Source: Macrostomum hystrix (Eukaryota > Animalia > Platyhelminthes). From it: DNA of 64,000 bases. How positions within the stretch are numbered: the stretch's first letter is position 1; the number at the start of each line of letters is the position of its first letter. This document shows, piece after piece, positions 50,526-63,497 of this stretch. Both the position numbers and the translations under genes were made by a program. The stretch spans positions 10,850,001-10,914,000 of the forward strand of contig CATNEN010000039.1 in NCBI GenBank assembly GCA_950097015.1. Direction: 5' to 3'. A model generated the notes under the pieces. That model was not told the origin of the DNA. It worked only from the letters and a program-made list of their open reading frames with translations, and searched no databases.

Positions 50526-53500
50526 ATGCTATTATACAAACGTTTGCTTATAACAATCGTTCAATTAGTCCACCTGCTCAGCTGCGCATTGGACACTGCG
50601 TCAAAAGATGCCACAGAGGGAGTGTCAATAGACGGAGACATCAACCTGGGTGGTCTGTTTCCGATCACTCGCGGCGACTGCGTCAGCATAGACAGTCAGC
50701 GGGGCATCCAGCGCATGGAAGCCATGATTTTTAGCTTGGCTGAGGCCAACAAAGACAACCGGCTGCTAAGATATGGTCGGCACAAAATCCGTCTAGGCGC
50801 GCTGCTGATGGACACTTGCTCGCGAGAGGCCACGGCGCTGGAGCGCGCTTTGGAATTTGTAAAAAGCTCCTTGAATCGCGACTTCGACACTGGCTTCACT
50901 TGTCCGGCGCTATGCAGTACTCTCGCTTCGTCTGCCAGCGACACCAAGCGAGGCCGCATTCTCGGTGTTGTCGGCGGAGCGTACAGCCAGGTATCTGTGC
51001 AAGTGGCAAATCTGCTGCGCCTGTTCGGACTGCCGCAGATCAGTTATGCTTCAACGTCGGACGCTCTCAGCGACAAGACTCGCTTCGGCCTGTTTGCCCG
51101 CACAGTTCCTCCAGATACGGAACAGGCGGCAGCTCTAGCGGACATTGTGGCCTATTTCAACTGGACATTTGTGTCTACAGTGTTCAGCAAAGGCGATTAC
51201 GGAGAAGGTGGAATACAGAGTTTCGAGGCCGAAGCTGAGAAGCGCGGAGTCTGCACCGCCGAGCGTTTGCTGATTGGCAGCGAGCCGAGCCGGCAGGAGC
51301 TGGACAGCATCGTCCAGAGACTGCTCGATCAGTCTCGAGCTCGCGTCGTTGTGCTCTTCACGCGACAGGATCACACCGAGCTGTTCCTCGACGCCGTCAG
51401 TCGCGCAAACATCAGCTCCGGTCGGTTTGTTTGGCTCTCAGCTGATGGCTGGGGACAGAGCTACCGGCCCGTCGCCAACAATTCGAGAGCTGCCGACGGT
51501 GCCGTCACCCTGGAAGTGGCAACTGGCGAAATACCCGGCTTCAACCGATACTTTGCGTCGCTTCGGCCCGGGCGGGCAAGACAGCTTCACGAGATTGATC
51601 AAGAAAAAGGCATAGCATATTATAACAGCTACTTTGACCGATTCTGGGAACAAAATTTTAACTGCTTGTTAAAAGAAAGGGAACAAGTACCAAACTCGCT
51701 GCAGAAGATGTGCAGGGAAAATCTAAGCATCAGTCTGCTGCACTTCAAGCAGGAGCCCAAAGTTCAATTCGTCTACGATGCCGTGTTTACATTTGCTCAC
51801 GGACTCAATCGGGTGATGAAGCTGGTTTGCGCGCCCCAGGATCCAAAATCCGACACGAAAGCTAGCGGTGATTTCAGTCAGTGCGTTAGAAACATCACAG
51901 GCTTTCCCGGCAAGCAGCTGTACAACATCCTGATTGGGCAGGACAACTTTTTCGTCAGTAAGTATTGTATGTTTACTGCTTTTCTATTTCATTTACACTG
52001 ATCACATTTCATTTTCTGACAAAAAAGTATTTCTGGACAACTTCAAATGCGATCAAAATAAAGGTGACATTACCTTTCTCACATTAATGTAAATTGCGCC
52101 ATGGTGACACTTTTACGTAAACTAAAAATCAATTATTTATGCTTGTTGCGACCTAAACGAGAAGTTGCTCATCGTATGGTACGATACTCATGACAAGCCT
52201 CACTATTCAGCCTCTATATGCTCAGTGTAAAGGCTAATAAAATATGCCGCAAACTTGTGCTGTGCTATTTCAGAATCTGCTAAGAGAAGCTGTCTAGCGT
52301 ACATTTTTACCATAGACACCTCATTGTAAGAATATATACGCTGCGCGTCCTCGGTCACAGCCATTGATGCCCGAAATAGCCGGCATATATTTTCATTGAG
52401 CAACGCTGGGATTCCCAGCGGTTCTGTTTGCACCATAGACATTCCACCGGGGGTTCAATGTCGTCCATTAAAACCCCGCGGTATTTAACGGCGGGAATCC
52501 CAGCGTTGCTCAATGAAAATACACACTTAACGTTTGAAATACAAGAATCCAAAGGGAGGAATTCCCCATAGACATAGTTTAACGATGTTTATTAAAACCC
52601 TTGCTCAGCGTTGTTCAATGAGAGCCAGTCTTGATATTCTTACTCGTAAATAATTAAACGCAACAAGCTATATTTTACACGCAGCAGTTTCTTATAAATT
52701 TCACCTAAATTATTCGTAAACACCTTTAGATTCTGTCTACCATCGTAAAAAGAAAAACGTAAATGAACAGAATTTTTTCCATAAGATAAGCCTGCAAAAA
52801 TTCGATAGATTCACCAGGAATCCTAGCTGGTCCATATCCTCATTAGGCCCAGACCCAGTCATATCATAGGAGAGTCATCGAAGTGAAATCGATCGACTAG
52901 TCCGGTCGGAGAAATCTCCAACGAGACAGTCATCGGCGGCTCCTCGCATTCAGGCCCGTGCACTTGCTGCATTTTTTGCCATAGGGCGCGCCTGTAGACT
53001 GGACGTTGCGCTTGACTTCACCTGCTAGTTTGGCTGATTTGATAATGCCCGTGGGAAAGATTGGATTCAAGCATTACTTAGCCGTTCTCATCTTGCAAGA
53101 TGATTGGTTGTAAATCAACGCAAGAGCTATGTGTTCGTCATCTATCTGAGAAAATAGTAGGGTTTGCGGACTATTTTAATGGAATTAAAAATACCTTAGG
53201 AAATGAAAATAGAAAATTGTCGTTAACTTGCTCCACAGTTTTTGGCGAAACCTTTTGTCACGACCAACAACCAGGGCACGTGTTGAAATGAAAGCATGAA
53301 ATTAAATTGTCGTAGAAAACATTAATGACAAAGTTTGAATTTCTTAATTCGTTAGTATGAGTCATGTTTTATCGAGACTTCGAAGTACCAGGTTTTCCTG
53401 ACAATTTTTTGCATTTTTTACAAAAGTAGTGGCAGTTGCGCGTTCAAATGCTGGCTAAAGCTTTTCAGACCATTGACTGGGGTGGGAATTATTTGCAGAA

Positions 53501-56500
53501 GCAGAAGGGGCACAAGTTGTTTACCTTGGCGGCCAGTATTCGACATCGAGACCTTTCGTTTAGATCTTTGAACCTCTAACCACTGGGCTAGAAACTTCCT
53601 CCCTGTTAGGAGCAATCAGAGAAAATCTAACCTGCTCGGAACCTAGTGTCGGAGTTACTACAAAAAATATTTTTCCCCGCTTCGACTCACTCCCCAGACA
53701 CGGCTGGTCGTCGAGTTGAGTTCACACCGAGCGGTGATGGCATTGGCGCTTACTCAATCTACAACTATCGAGCCTGGCCGGACACGACTCGCGGTTCCAA
53801 AGATGCGCCAGAACGGCGCGCCGACTACGTGGCAGTTGGCGAATGGCGCAAGGACGCAGCGAACAGACTCAGCTGGCTCACTTCCGCCGTCGACATTTAC
53901 TGGCCAGGATTGTCCACCTCGAGTCGCTCAGCGCCACCTCAGTCTCGTTGCAGCGAAGACTGCCGACCGGGACAGCGACGATTGTACTCTGTGGCGATTC
54001 GAGCTCTGGGCTCAACGAAGAACGTTGATGGTGGCTTCGAAGAGAATTCCAGCATCGGTGCGGGCGATGACTATAATGGTATGGAGAGCAAACGCAGGCA
54101 CCTACGCGGCTGCTGCTGGAGCTGCACTGACTGTTTGCCGCATCAGCGAGTTACTGCAGCTGGCGATGCCTGCGAGGACTGCCCTGCTGGTGAAGGACCT
54201 GACGAGACCGCGGGCAGGACCCGATGCGTGCCGCTAAAGGTGATTTTGATTATTCTGTGCTTTGCGTTCGCTTGTGTTCAGCTATTTATTAAAAACGTGC
54301 ATAATAATGATGTTATTGATAGGACCCCCAATGCCGTCCACAAAGTGGCCAAAAGAGGGGGCATCAAATCACACCCTTCAAGACAAGGTATATGACATGC
54401 TTAATGCCCGCTGCCTGGCTGATAGTCATCAAATAGACGGTAGGTATAGCGAGCCACTCGTTCCTGTCTGCGCCTGCGCGGTCTTTGATGAGTGCACAGC
54501 CGGACGTCCTGCCGCAGCTCGGGTCAGTAGGCTTCGGCCGCGATGACATGCCCGGGTCAGCCGCAGGCGTCGCTTGCTCAACAGGACAGAAGGCTGAGTC
54601 AGGCGCGCTCGCTTGTACAGGGAGCCGAATGCGGCACGAACCAGAGCCGCATGCGCAGCGTCGAGCTACCCCTCGAGCGCCCCCAGTCAGCGTCCAGGTC
54701 TCAGTATTGAACAGCAATTGAAACAGCTGGAGCTTTGCGCTGTCCGTCAGGGCCTCGGAGAGCAGCACCGCCCAAAAAGATCGAACGGCGGCCCAAGCCT
54801 TACCGTGCCGGGTCAGCCCGCCTCGTCACCTCCGGCTAGGTGGGATGAACTGACAGCATTTCGGGAGCATCGTCTCCCACAGAAAATCACGCGAAGCTCC
54901 TGCCCGGCTTCTTCAGGATGCATTCAGGGCCCGTTTGGGGGCAAGGCATCTCCAGCCAAGACGCAGTTTATCACGCGGGCCACCTCAGTGGCAACTCTTG
55001 TGACTCGCAGCGTCTCGATGGAGACTTCGTCCTGAACAGTGCCTCGCGAACGAACTCCATGGATTCGGTTGTAAATCACCTGTAAAATCTTGAATAAATA
55101 AACTGATGTGCTAAACTCCTCATGCTAGCATGCATCTGTTTCGGCTCAATATTTCGTGCATATATTTCTGGTGGATACGTGTATACCAATCCAAGCTGGT
55201 GAAGGCACAAACGTTGAATTAGCTGCCTGAATCGGCCCTGTGTTTACGAAAACCGCAGCGTCTCTCATGGGCCTATCATTTGCCGCCGCATCAGTGTCTG
55301 CGGCATCTGCTGGAAATTTCGCTGTTCGTATGAACTTATAAATGAGCGGCCTGGAGACAAACGCTGTAGCTTACATCCCATTTCGAGGAAAGTCCCCATT
55401 CGAATGGCTATAAATAGTAATCAAAGCAACAACGGATTCAATGCAACCAAGGCTACAAAAAATACTACACAGAAAAGCCATTTTTCGGCGCACACATTGT
55501 TAGTTGGTTGATAATCGCCGAACTCGATGGAGAGAGATAAAGTGTGTGGTCATGCACAAAATATCTGTATAGGCTATGCATATCTATCTATCTATCTATT
55601 TGCAGGGGGCCCGGGGCACTTGTCGCACAAGCGACGGAGCGGCACGCCCCCAGACCGGCGAGCTAGGCGCTTTTGCGCCCATCGCGCCGCCTCTCCTGAG
55701 CAGGCATCACACACAGCAGCACAGACCAGCGGGGGAGGGCAGGAGGCACCCAGAATAGGCAGCAGTGCCCCCCACCCCAGCCCCACACGCACATAGCAGA
55801 CCAAGCCGGGGCGGAAGGCTGATAAGAAATCAGTCCTCAGGGGGGGCCGGGTGATGAGTGTACACTTATCCAATCGCGCTGACGGAAGTCCAGAAAGCAC
55901 GCGGCGGTGTACAACCGCCCTCCAGCCACCCCCCGCAAGGTCTCACGCCCCAGCGCCAACGCACACAACTCACACAACGCAGAACAGGCACACGGAAAGG
56001 TAGGAGCGAAGCTATTATTTCAAGCTTTGATTGCACGAAATATGGTGCACCTCCGCCGGTCGCTACTGTCCAAACCCTCCAACAAGTCCCGAAATTAATC
56101 GTGACTTGAAGGGAGAATCGAACTAGCGTCCTTTGGAGTGCGAGGCAGCGACGTTAGCCGCTGACCCACTCGCCCCCTGGCTATGCATATCAATAAGAAG
56201 CTAATTTTTCGCTAGTCAAATCCGCTGGTCATTAAAGATACAATTTTTCCCCAGTTCTGACAAATATAGCTTCGAGGTTCCATGTAATCAGCATCAAGCT
56301 TATTTTAGCTGGTTCTGCTCTGTGCCACAGCAGCCAAGTTGATAAGTTTCCTGTAATTTCGAGTCTTCTTTGAAGAGTAAAAAAATTGTTCAGAAATTTC
56401 AGGTTTACAAAAGTTTCTGTCGAGGGGTTTTTCAGAAAATTAGCCTGCTACGTGCTGCTGATTAATTTCAGCTGTGTGGTCATCCAGGGCCCTTGTTAGC

Positions 56501-59500
56501 ATGATTACGTTTAGCAAATCAAGTAAGAGCGTATACGCAAAATGTTCCAGATCAAGCACATTCGATGGACCAGCTGGTACTCGATTGTGCCCTGCACTCT
56601 CAGCTCTGCGGGAATCTTGGCTACTCTGTTTGTCATGGTCACCTTTTTCAGGTAATGCAAAAGTATTTTTATAAATCTTATTCAATTATTTTCAGTTCAA
56701 TGATGGAAGAAGTTCCTGAATCCGAATCCGAAAAGAGGTCAGATAAATTTGCGTCGGAGCCGAGTTGATAGGACTCGGGAGCTTGTCTTACAATTCGCAG
56801 CTAAAAGGTCAGAATTGGCTCCTCGCTAGCTGCGGGTTGACAGCCCCTTCCGAATAAAACTATTTTTCTGTACGCATACTTTACGACGCTAGAAGGCATT
56901 GGGTAAAGTAACAAAGCCAACAAGTGCGCTTAATTCGAATATGCAGCAGGAGCTGTAGAAGGATCTGTGTCTATGAATACCAAATGCGTGGCCTAATGAA
57001 ATCTATTAGTTATTCAGTTATCTCGCCACAATACTACTGACAATGTTCAGTAGTGTCTGAGGGTTTGAACTTTCGATGGACAAAAATTAGGCAGGATGTA
57101 TTTGTGAGCTTAGGCAGGAACACGCTTATTCACAGGTTCAACGAGACGCCTGTAGTGAAAGCTTCTGGTAGGGAACTGAGCTACCTCGTGCTAGTCGGCT
57201 GCCTTCTGTGCTATCTGACCAGCTTTGCGCTGCTCGCCAGACCCAGCGCGGCGGTTTGCGCCCTGCAGCGCTGCAGCATCGGCCTCGGCTTCGCTGTTAT
57301 CTACGCGGCCCTTCTAACCAAGACTAACCGAATTGCTCGGATTTTTGAGGCCGCCGGCCGGTCCGCTCGACGGCCCAGCTTCATCTCGCCGCGCTCTCAG
57401 CTACTTATAGCGGCCGGCCTCATAAGTTTTCAGCTGCTTTCCAGCGCTCTGTGGCTTCTAGTCAGTCCACCAGCCACTCGGGTACTGCAGCCGCATAGGT
57501 ACAGTTAGGCGATTTCTTACTGTTTGTCTTAGTTGGTGCGGCAATATTTAAACCATTTAGCTCGCGCCCCATAGTACGAGTAGTGGCGCCCCTGGTAGTG
57601 GCGCCCCCCGTGGTAGTGGCGCCCCAGTAGTGGCGCCCCCAAATGGCGCTCCACCTGACAAAGATCCTGTCTACGCCACTGAGGTGTAATATATTTAATA
57701 GTAATCTGTAATTAATCTGTAATAAATAGCTAAGGCATAAGGCATAAGGCTTATAAGGCATATAAGGAAACTTCAGTGCAGACGTTTATACCATAGCGCA
57801 AGTGTGCAATGCTTGCTGTTCGAGTATTTGTACACACCAGAATCTGACAGAAATCAATGCAAATTGCACGATTGTGTCCTTGCTGGAAAATTTTGCACTT
57901 TTACTTAACTAGGGTATTGAAATTCCTTGTCCCACTGTCGGAGGTTTCTATAGCCACAAATCCGCCCGCTTGAAATACAGGCTGGTGGCAGTTCTGGCCT
58001 GTCGCGTTGAACGGCGGGCCTTCATGGCTTCACTGCTGTACAACGCGTGCCTAATAGTTGTGTGCACCTACTTTGCTGTGCGAACCCGTCGAATACCTGA
58101 GAACTTCAACGAGTCAAAATTCATCGGCTTCACAATGTACACCACCTGTGTCATCTGGCTGGCTTTTGTTCCGCTTTACTTTGGCACAGAGTCATCTTCT
58201 GAGGTTTGTTGCTTTTAGAACGCCTTTTGCTATTGGTGATCTACAAAAATCTTGTTTGTCATGCAGCGGCTTTTAGCTGACAGTTATGTCCGAATAATTC
58301 AATGCTAATTAACTAGCCAAGGCACACGATCAGACCTGGAAGAATAATAACGTATGTGCTCGTTTGACAATGTGTGCTACTGGGATTAAAAAATGAGAAT
58401 AATTGCCTCGTCACTATAGATTTACTTCCCAAATAATGCGTCAGTGAAGAACCAAAGAAATTTGCTTCACAAATCATTTCAAGAAAAAACAGATTCGAAA
58501 AATAATTAATACCCAATTACGAGCAATAATTTTTTAACTTTGACTCCCTGTCACGAAAATCGCAGATGCAGATCTGTACTCTGTGCGTCAGTGTTTCGCT
58601 GTCAGCCACCGTCGCTCTGGCCTGCCTGTTTGCGCCGAAGCTGTACATCATATTCTGCCAGCCGCAGAAGAATATTCGCAAGCTTACGGTGCACTCTAAT
58701 CACTATCGCAGGAATGCGTCCAGCAGTGGCAGCTTTGCCGTGCTACAAAGTGAGCTCAGCGCACGCCTGAGATTATATAAGTGATTTTTACTACACTTAA
58801 GTTAATCAAACATTGCAATATATTGTTGGTCGACAGCTGATCGATTGACGTTTCCGACAGATTGGTGATTGAAGTTTCCGACATATTGTCGATTGATGTT
58901 TCCGTCATATTGTTGATTGATGTTTCCGACATATTCTTGATTGATGTTTCCGACATATTGTTCATTAACGTTTCCGACGGATTTTCGATTGATGTTTCTG
59001 ACAGCTGATCTTGTGACATTATTTTTTTTTTTTTAGTTTTACTATTTTATTGCTAGCGGCTCATGTCAAGTAATTACGCACTTTTGCACAATCCTTTTTA
59101 TCTGCTCCATCCGACCCTATTCCAGACCCGTCAGCTGAGACAGAGACATGTCACCAGCACATACAGCTGCACCGAAGGTACAGTCAAAGCTGCGAAGTGA
59201 CCCAGTGTTGCGATCTCCAGCACAATGCGGCTCCAGGGTCAAACCTGCGATTGGTGCAACCCCACCTTTCATTATCGATTGGTTGCAATTTTGTCGGCGG
59301 CCCAAAGATTCAACAGGAAGTACATGAGAACAAAGACAACAATCATTTTGATCGTCTTGATACGGGAGAAGGAGATCAGAAGCATATGGAAACAAACATT
59401 CAGTTAGCGCAGTCTATTCCTTTGACGTTAGTTGCAAATGTCGCTGATTGTGATTTGAGCAGTATCGGCAGCGACTTGGCCTACGAAGATGGATTTGTTT

Positions 59501-59502
59501 GA
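50526..59502 (+). CDS. GRM: Metabotropic glutamate receptor (group II/III-like class C GPCR); exons 50526-51957, 53698-54239, 56551-56651, 57136-57498, 57981-58203, 58566-58749, 59126-59502
   Basis: IDGDINLGGLFP; GIQRMEAM; GGAYSQVS; PQISYASTS; FARTVPPD; SADGWG; QEPKVQFV (glutamate-contact R, S, T, Y, D, K retained); cysteine-rich domain; TPVVKASGRELSY; KTNRIARIF; IPENFNESKFIGFTMYTTC; FAPKLYII. All phases consistent. Confidence 0.93.
52388..52523. repeat. 29-bp perfect inverted repeat enclosing CCATAGAC (foldback family), mGluR intron 1
   Basis: tattttcattgagcaacgctgggattccc / gggaatcccagcgttgctcaatgaaaata. Confidence 0.8.
54440..55050 (-). mobile_element. Decayed RTE-clade LINE fragments in mGluR intron 2
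   Basis: Frameshifted translations QDEVSIETLRVTRVATEVARVINCVL, KLQLF..LLFNTETWTLT, LDAAHAAL.RAAF and RRLRL.GHVI.AE are typical of RTE ORF2. Confidence 0.7.
55585..56178 (-). mobile_element. tRNA-derived SINE family B with 13-bp TSD
   Basis: A-box TGGGTCAGCGG, B-box GTTCGATTC, (TAGA)n tail; TSD ggctatgcatatc at 55572-55584 and 56179-56191. Confidence 0.9.
57560..57660. repeat. gtagtggcgcccc repeat (related to 26730-26890)
   Basis: Reverse complement of the units at 26730-26890. Confidence 0.6.
58830..59015. repeat. 24-bp minisatellite in last mGluR intron
   Basis: Unit gattgatgtttccgacatattgtt. Confidence 0.85.
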
Positions 59503-59799
59503 ATGCATTGAGTATCAATGGTCGATTCAACCATGTTTTTCAAGCGTCATGACAGTGAAAATAATTTGTCGTAATTCTCTAGTAGCGAGTTCAATTGCTT
59601 GCTGACTAAGTTTCGTTAAAACAGGTCTGTACTGAATGCAAATCTAGTTTTTTCCTTGTAAAAGACAGCATTTTGAGCAATCAACTGCTTCAGCGATAGT
59701 GAAACCCATTGATACGCATTATTCGCTTGACAAAACGGACAACACGAAAGACAAAGTGCACGCAGACGGCTTTTTCTTTTATCCCCCACTTGTCCCGGT

Positions 59800-60346
59800 T
59801 AAATAAGTCTATGGTCTAGTGTTGAAGCATTTATTTGTCCGGGACGAAGAAAGATGTATCCCCCTTTTGCCCCGGGCGAGTGTCTATGTAACGCATGTTT
59901 TCATTTATTTCCCTAGGTAAATAAATCATTTATTTCCCGCTGCCCCGCGGGCTGATAAATTCGAGACAACAACCATAGACTAACAAAAACTAGCAAAAAA
60001 GTGTAGCACACAAAAGCTACACACACCGAACGGGGGATACATATCATATTCCCCACTCATTTAGCTGTCTAGGGCCAAAAGCACTTCGCCTCGGTCAATG
60101 ATCGAGACACCTCTTGCTTTTGCCCGCTAGACAACAAAATAAATGGGGAATATACCATTTATTCGTCCCGGACGAGGAAACGATTTATTTGGAACCGTTT
60201 CGATCAGAACCATAGACTGTTGAGCTATAGTTCTTTTTTTTCCACAAGACCGAGCCAAGTTGGGGAAAAATATTATCTCTCCCGTTTATTTATTTGTCTA
60301 TGGCCAGAACGACTTCAAAGTTCTCAGTCGTTCTGACGGCCACAGA
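59800..60346. repeat. Nested GTCTATGG/CCATAGAC foldback elements
   Basis: gtctatggt...ccgggacgaa (59808-59849) pairs with ttcgtcccgg...accatagac (60162-60217). A second foldback from about 60271 is split by the Helitron. Confidence 0.65.
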
Positions 60347-60379
60347 TCTATATATATAAAAGTGAAAACTCTGTCTGTC

Positions 60380-60411
<32 letters not shown>

Positions 60412-61121
60412 CAACCTTTTGTCTTTATAGACGCCGAAACCGCTCAACTAAATCGCACCAAACTTTGCACATACCTAAAACCACCTACGCTGAGTGCAAT
60501 AGGCTACTCAAATTCCCGAAAAATCATATCCTTCCTGCTCAAAAGTGCAAAAAACTGCTCAAAAACCGTCAAAAAATAACTCAATTCGACATATCGTCGC
60601 CCCACTTTGTCAGATTTTCTCCAAATTTGATCCACTTACACTTTACATGTTTTCCAACAATGCTGTCAATTTTGAACATCTCTACTCAATCCAGAGCAAA
60701 GCTGCATCATCTCAAAGTGAGTCACTTTTTGTTTTCCGAGGACAGCCACCCCAACTCCCCTCCGCCACTCTGCGGGCCAAATTTTATTACAGCCACCCCC
60801 TCCCTTCCCCGGGCGCCGAAGCCCCAGACTGTACATTGTATTTCAAGCCGTGAATGTACACAGCCCAAACCCCTAAACTGTCTACTGGCCCCCAAGCAGC
60901 ACTGAGACTGAGTGCGGTGAGTGCGGTGGCGTCCCAGTGTCTGTCTTTTGTCTTTATAGACGCCGAAACCGCTCAACCAAATCGCACCAAACTTTGCACA
61001 TACCTAAAACCACCTACGCTGAGTGCAATAGGCTACTCAAATTCCCGAAAAATCATTTCCTTCCTGCTCAAAAGTGCAAAAAACTGCTCAAAAATCGTCA
61101 AAAAAGCTCAAGGCAAAAGTT

Positions 61122-61769
61122 TACCCGAACCTGATGGTTCGATATGCTGACGTTGACTGGCTGTCAGAGAGGGCAATTCTGTGTCCTAGAAATGATGCCG
61201 CCAACGAAATTAACTACCAACTGCTTCAGGAGTTGCCAGGTGCAGTTTTCACCTACAAGTCAATTGATACAACGTTGACTGATGACACCGCTGTGGAGTA
61301 TCCTGTTGAGTTTCTGAACTCTCTAGATCCTCCTGGAACTCCATCGCACAACTTGCAGCTGAAAGTTGGGGCACCAATTATGCTCCTCCGCAACCTGAAT
61401 GCGCCAAGGCTGTGTAACGGCACCAGACTGATAGTCAGGCGGCTCTTCCCACACGTGATTGAGGCCACAATAATGACTGGATCTGGCAGAGGAGAGTCTG
61501 TGTTCGTTCCCCGGATTCCAATTATCCCCACGGACCTGCCATTTCAGTTCAAGCGACTGCAGTTCCCTGTGAGAGTGTGCTTTGCGATGACTATTAACAA
61601 GGCTCAGGGACAGTCGCTGAAGGTGGCTGGCATCAACCTGGAGACTCCTTGCTTCTCGCATGGGCAGCTTTATGTCGCCTGCTCCCGTGTTGGAACTCCA
61701 GCTGGCCTATTCATTTTCGCACCAAGGGGAAGAACGAAGAATGTGGTGTATCCCCAGGCCTTGAGGTGA
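61122..61769 (+). pseudogene. Helitron Rep/Hel PIF1-family helicase C-terminal fragment
   Basis: WLSERAILCPRN; YPVEFLNSL; LKVGAPIMLLRNL; LCNGTRL; RLQFPVRVCFAMTINKAQGQSL; FSHGQLYVACSRV; TKNVVY. No Rep domain or motif I. Confidence 0.9.
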
Positions 61770-61921
61770 CTCGCAAGCAATTAATAGAAAAGTAGTCACG
61801 AATTGACCTTGACCTGTCTAACTCTGAACTCTGAAACAGTTTAATTTTGTTTCTTTGACATTGTTATTGTTATGCCATGGCTATTTTCCTTATGTATACG
61901 CGTGTACATGCATACTGTATA

Positions 61922-62197
61922 CAGAGGCAGATTTAGGGGGGGGGCGGGGGGCAGTCGCCCCCCCCCAAAATTTTAATCATGGGAATAAGATGCCCCCACC
62001 AGGGGCGCCAGTCGCAGCACTGGCGCCCCTTTTCGGCCGCTGGCGCCCCTTTTTCAGCCGCTGGCTCCCGTTTTTCAGCCGCTGGCGCCCTTTCTTGGCT
62101 CCTGGCGCCCTTTTTCGGCTGCTGGCACCCCCTCTGTGATTCTCATGGCGCTCCCCTGACAGACCGCCCCAAAACAAAATTCCTGGATCTGCCACTG
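61922..62197. mobile_element. hAT-type MITE nested in the Helitron
   Basis: TIRs CAGAGGCAGATTTAGG / CCTGGATCTGCCACTG; 8-bp TSD actgtata at 61914-61921 and 62198-62205. Confidence 0.85.
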
Positions 62198-62730
62198 ACT
62201 GTATAGAGGAGTGGCTAAGAGACATGTTTCTAAAGAAGTAATCAAGAGGGGGCTGTTTGGACAAACTTTTCACTTATTTTTTACTTAAAACGCCCTTAAA
62301 CAAACTCTTCACTTTTCATTAATGCAGTAAATAAATAAATGGTGACCTTCACTATAAAGTTAATACAGAGACGTGAATTGCTTACTGCTTTGCTTTAAAT
62401 TTCTGCCCCAAAAACAACGGGCAAAAAAGCTAGTAAATGAATAAACGGGAGAGATTATATACTTATTAGCAGTTGTTTTAGCATTTTTTCTGACGTTTTA
62501 AACACTGCCTTGTGTCTCTTTAAATTTTGACTGATTTATTTAGACAATGTAAACTTACGTGAAATTTACCTTTTATTCATCGGCTTATCGTAAATTAAGG
62601 TATATTTTGTGGCATCGAAAGAGATCTAAGAGATAAGCTGCATAACTAAGGATTGAAAATTACGCTAAAGGTGACAAATCGACTGATTAGATGATCCGCT
62701 TTTGGGGTTCTGTTTATACGAACCTAGTAT

Positions 62731-63290
62731 CTATCTATTTGCAGGGGGCCCGGGGCACTTGTCGCACAAGCGACGGAGCGGCACGCCCCCAGACCGGCGA
62801 ACTAGGCGCTTAGCGCCCATCGCGCCGCCTCCCCTGAGCAGGTAGCACTCACAGCAGCACAGACCAGCCGGGTAGGGCAGGAGGCACCCAGAATAGGCTG
62901 CAGTGTCCCCCACCCCAGCCCCACAAGCACAGAGCAGACCAAGGAAGGCTGAAATGAAACCAGTCCTCAGGGGGGCCGGGTGATGAGTGTATACTTATCT
63001 AATCGCGCTGATGGAAATCCAGAAAGCGCGCGGCGGTGTACACCCGCCCCCAGCCACCCCCCGCAAGGCCAACGCACACAACTCACACAACGCAGAACAG
63101 GCACACAGAAAGGTAGGAGCGAAGCTATTATTTCAAGCTTTGATTGCACGAAATATGGTGCACCTCCGCCGGTCGCTACTGTCCAAACCCTCCAACAAGT
63201 CCCGAAATTAATCGTGACTTGAAGGGAGAATCGAACTAGCGTCCTTTGGAGTGCGAGGCAGCGACGTTAGCCGCTGACCCACTCGCCCAC
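62731..63290 (-). mobile_element. tRNA-derived SINE family B with 14-bp TSD
   Basis: Highly similar to 55585-56178; TSD tacgaacctagtat at 62717-62730 and 63291-63304. Confidence 0.9.
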
Positions 63291-63497
63291 TACGAACCTA
63301 GTATTAATGACAAGTATTTTTTCTTGCTTGCAAGAGCTGCATATTAAAAGGATACCATAAGTTTTTTCATAGGATACAAACAGCTGGTTTAAATACGAGA
63401 AAGCGCTTTCGGAAGCCCATGTCAACAGGTCCGAAAAACACTTCATAAACAGATTTTGTGACAGAAGTTCCGCATGCAGCTTCGCCTAGCAGGAGCA

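Larger units (their letters stand above)
60347..62433 (+). mobile_element. Non-autonomous Helitron (internal deletion derivative)
   Basis: A|TCTATATATATAAA 5' end with (TGTC)n/(TG)n; 3' GCCC..GGGC hairpin then CTAG|T; no TSD; PIF1 helicase fragment inside; internal duplication about 60417-60575 / 60945-61103. Confidence 0.88.
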
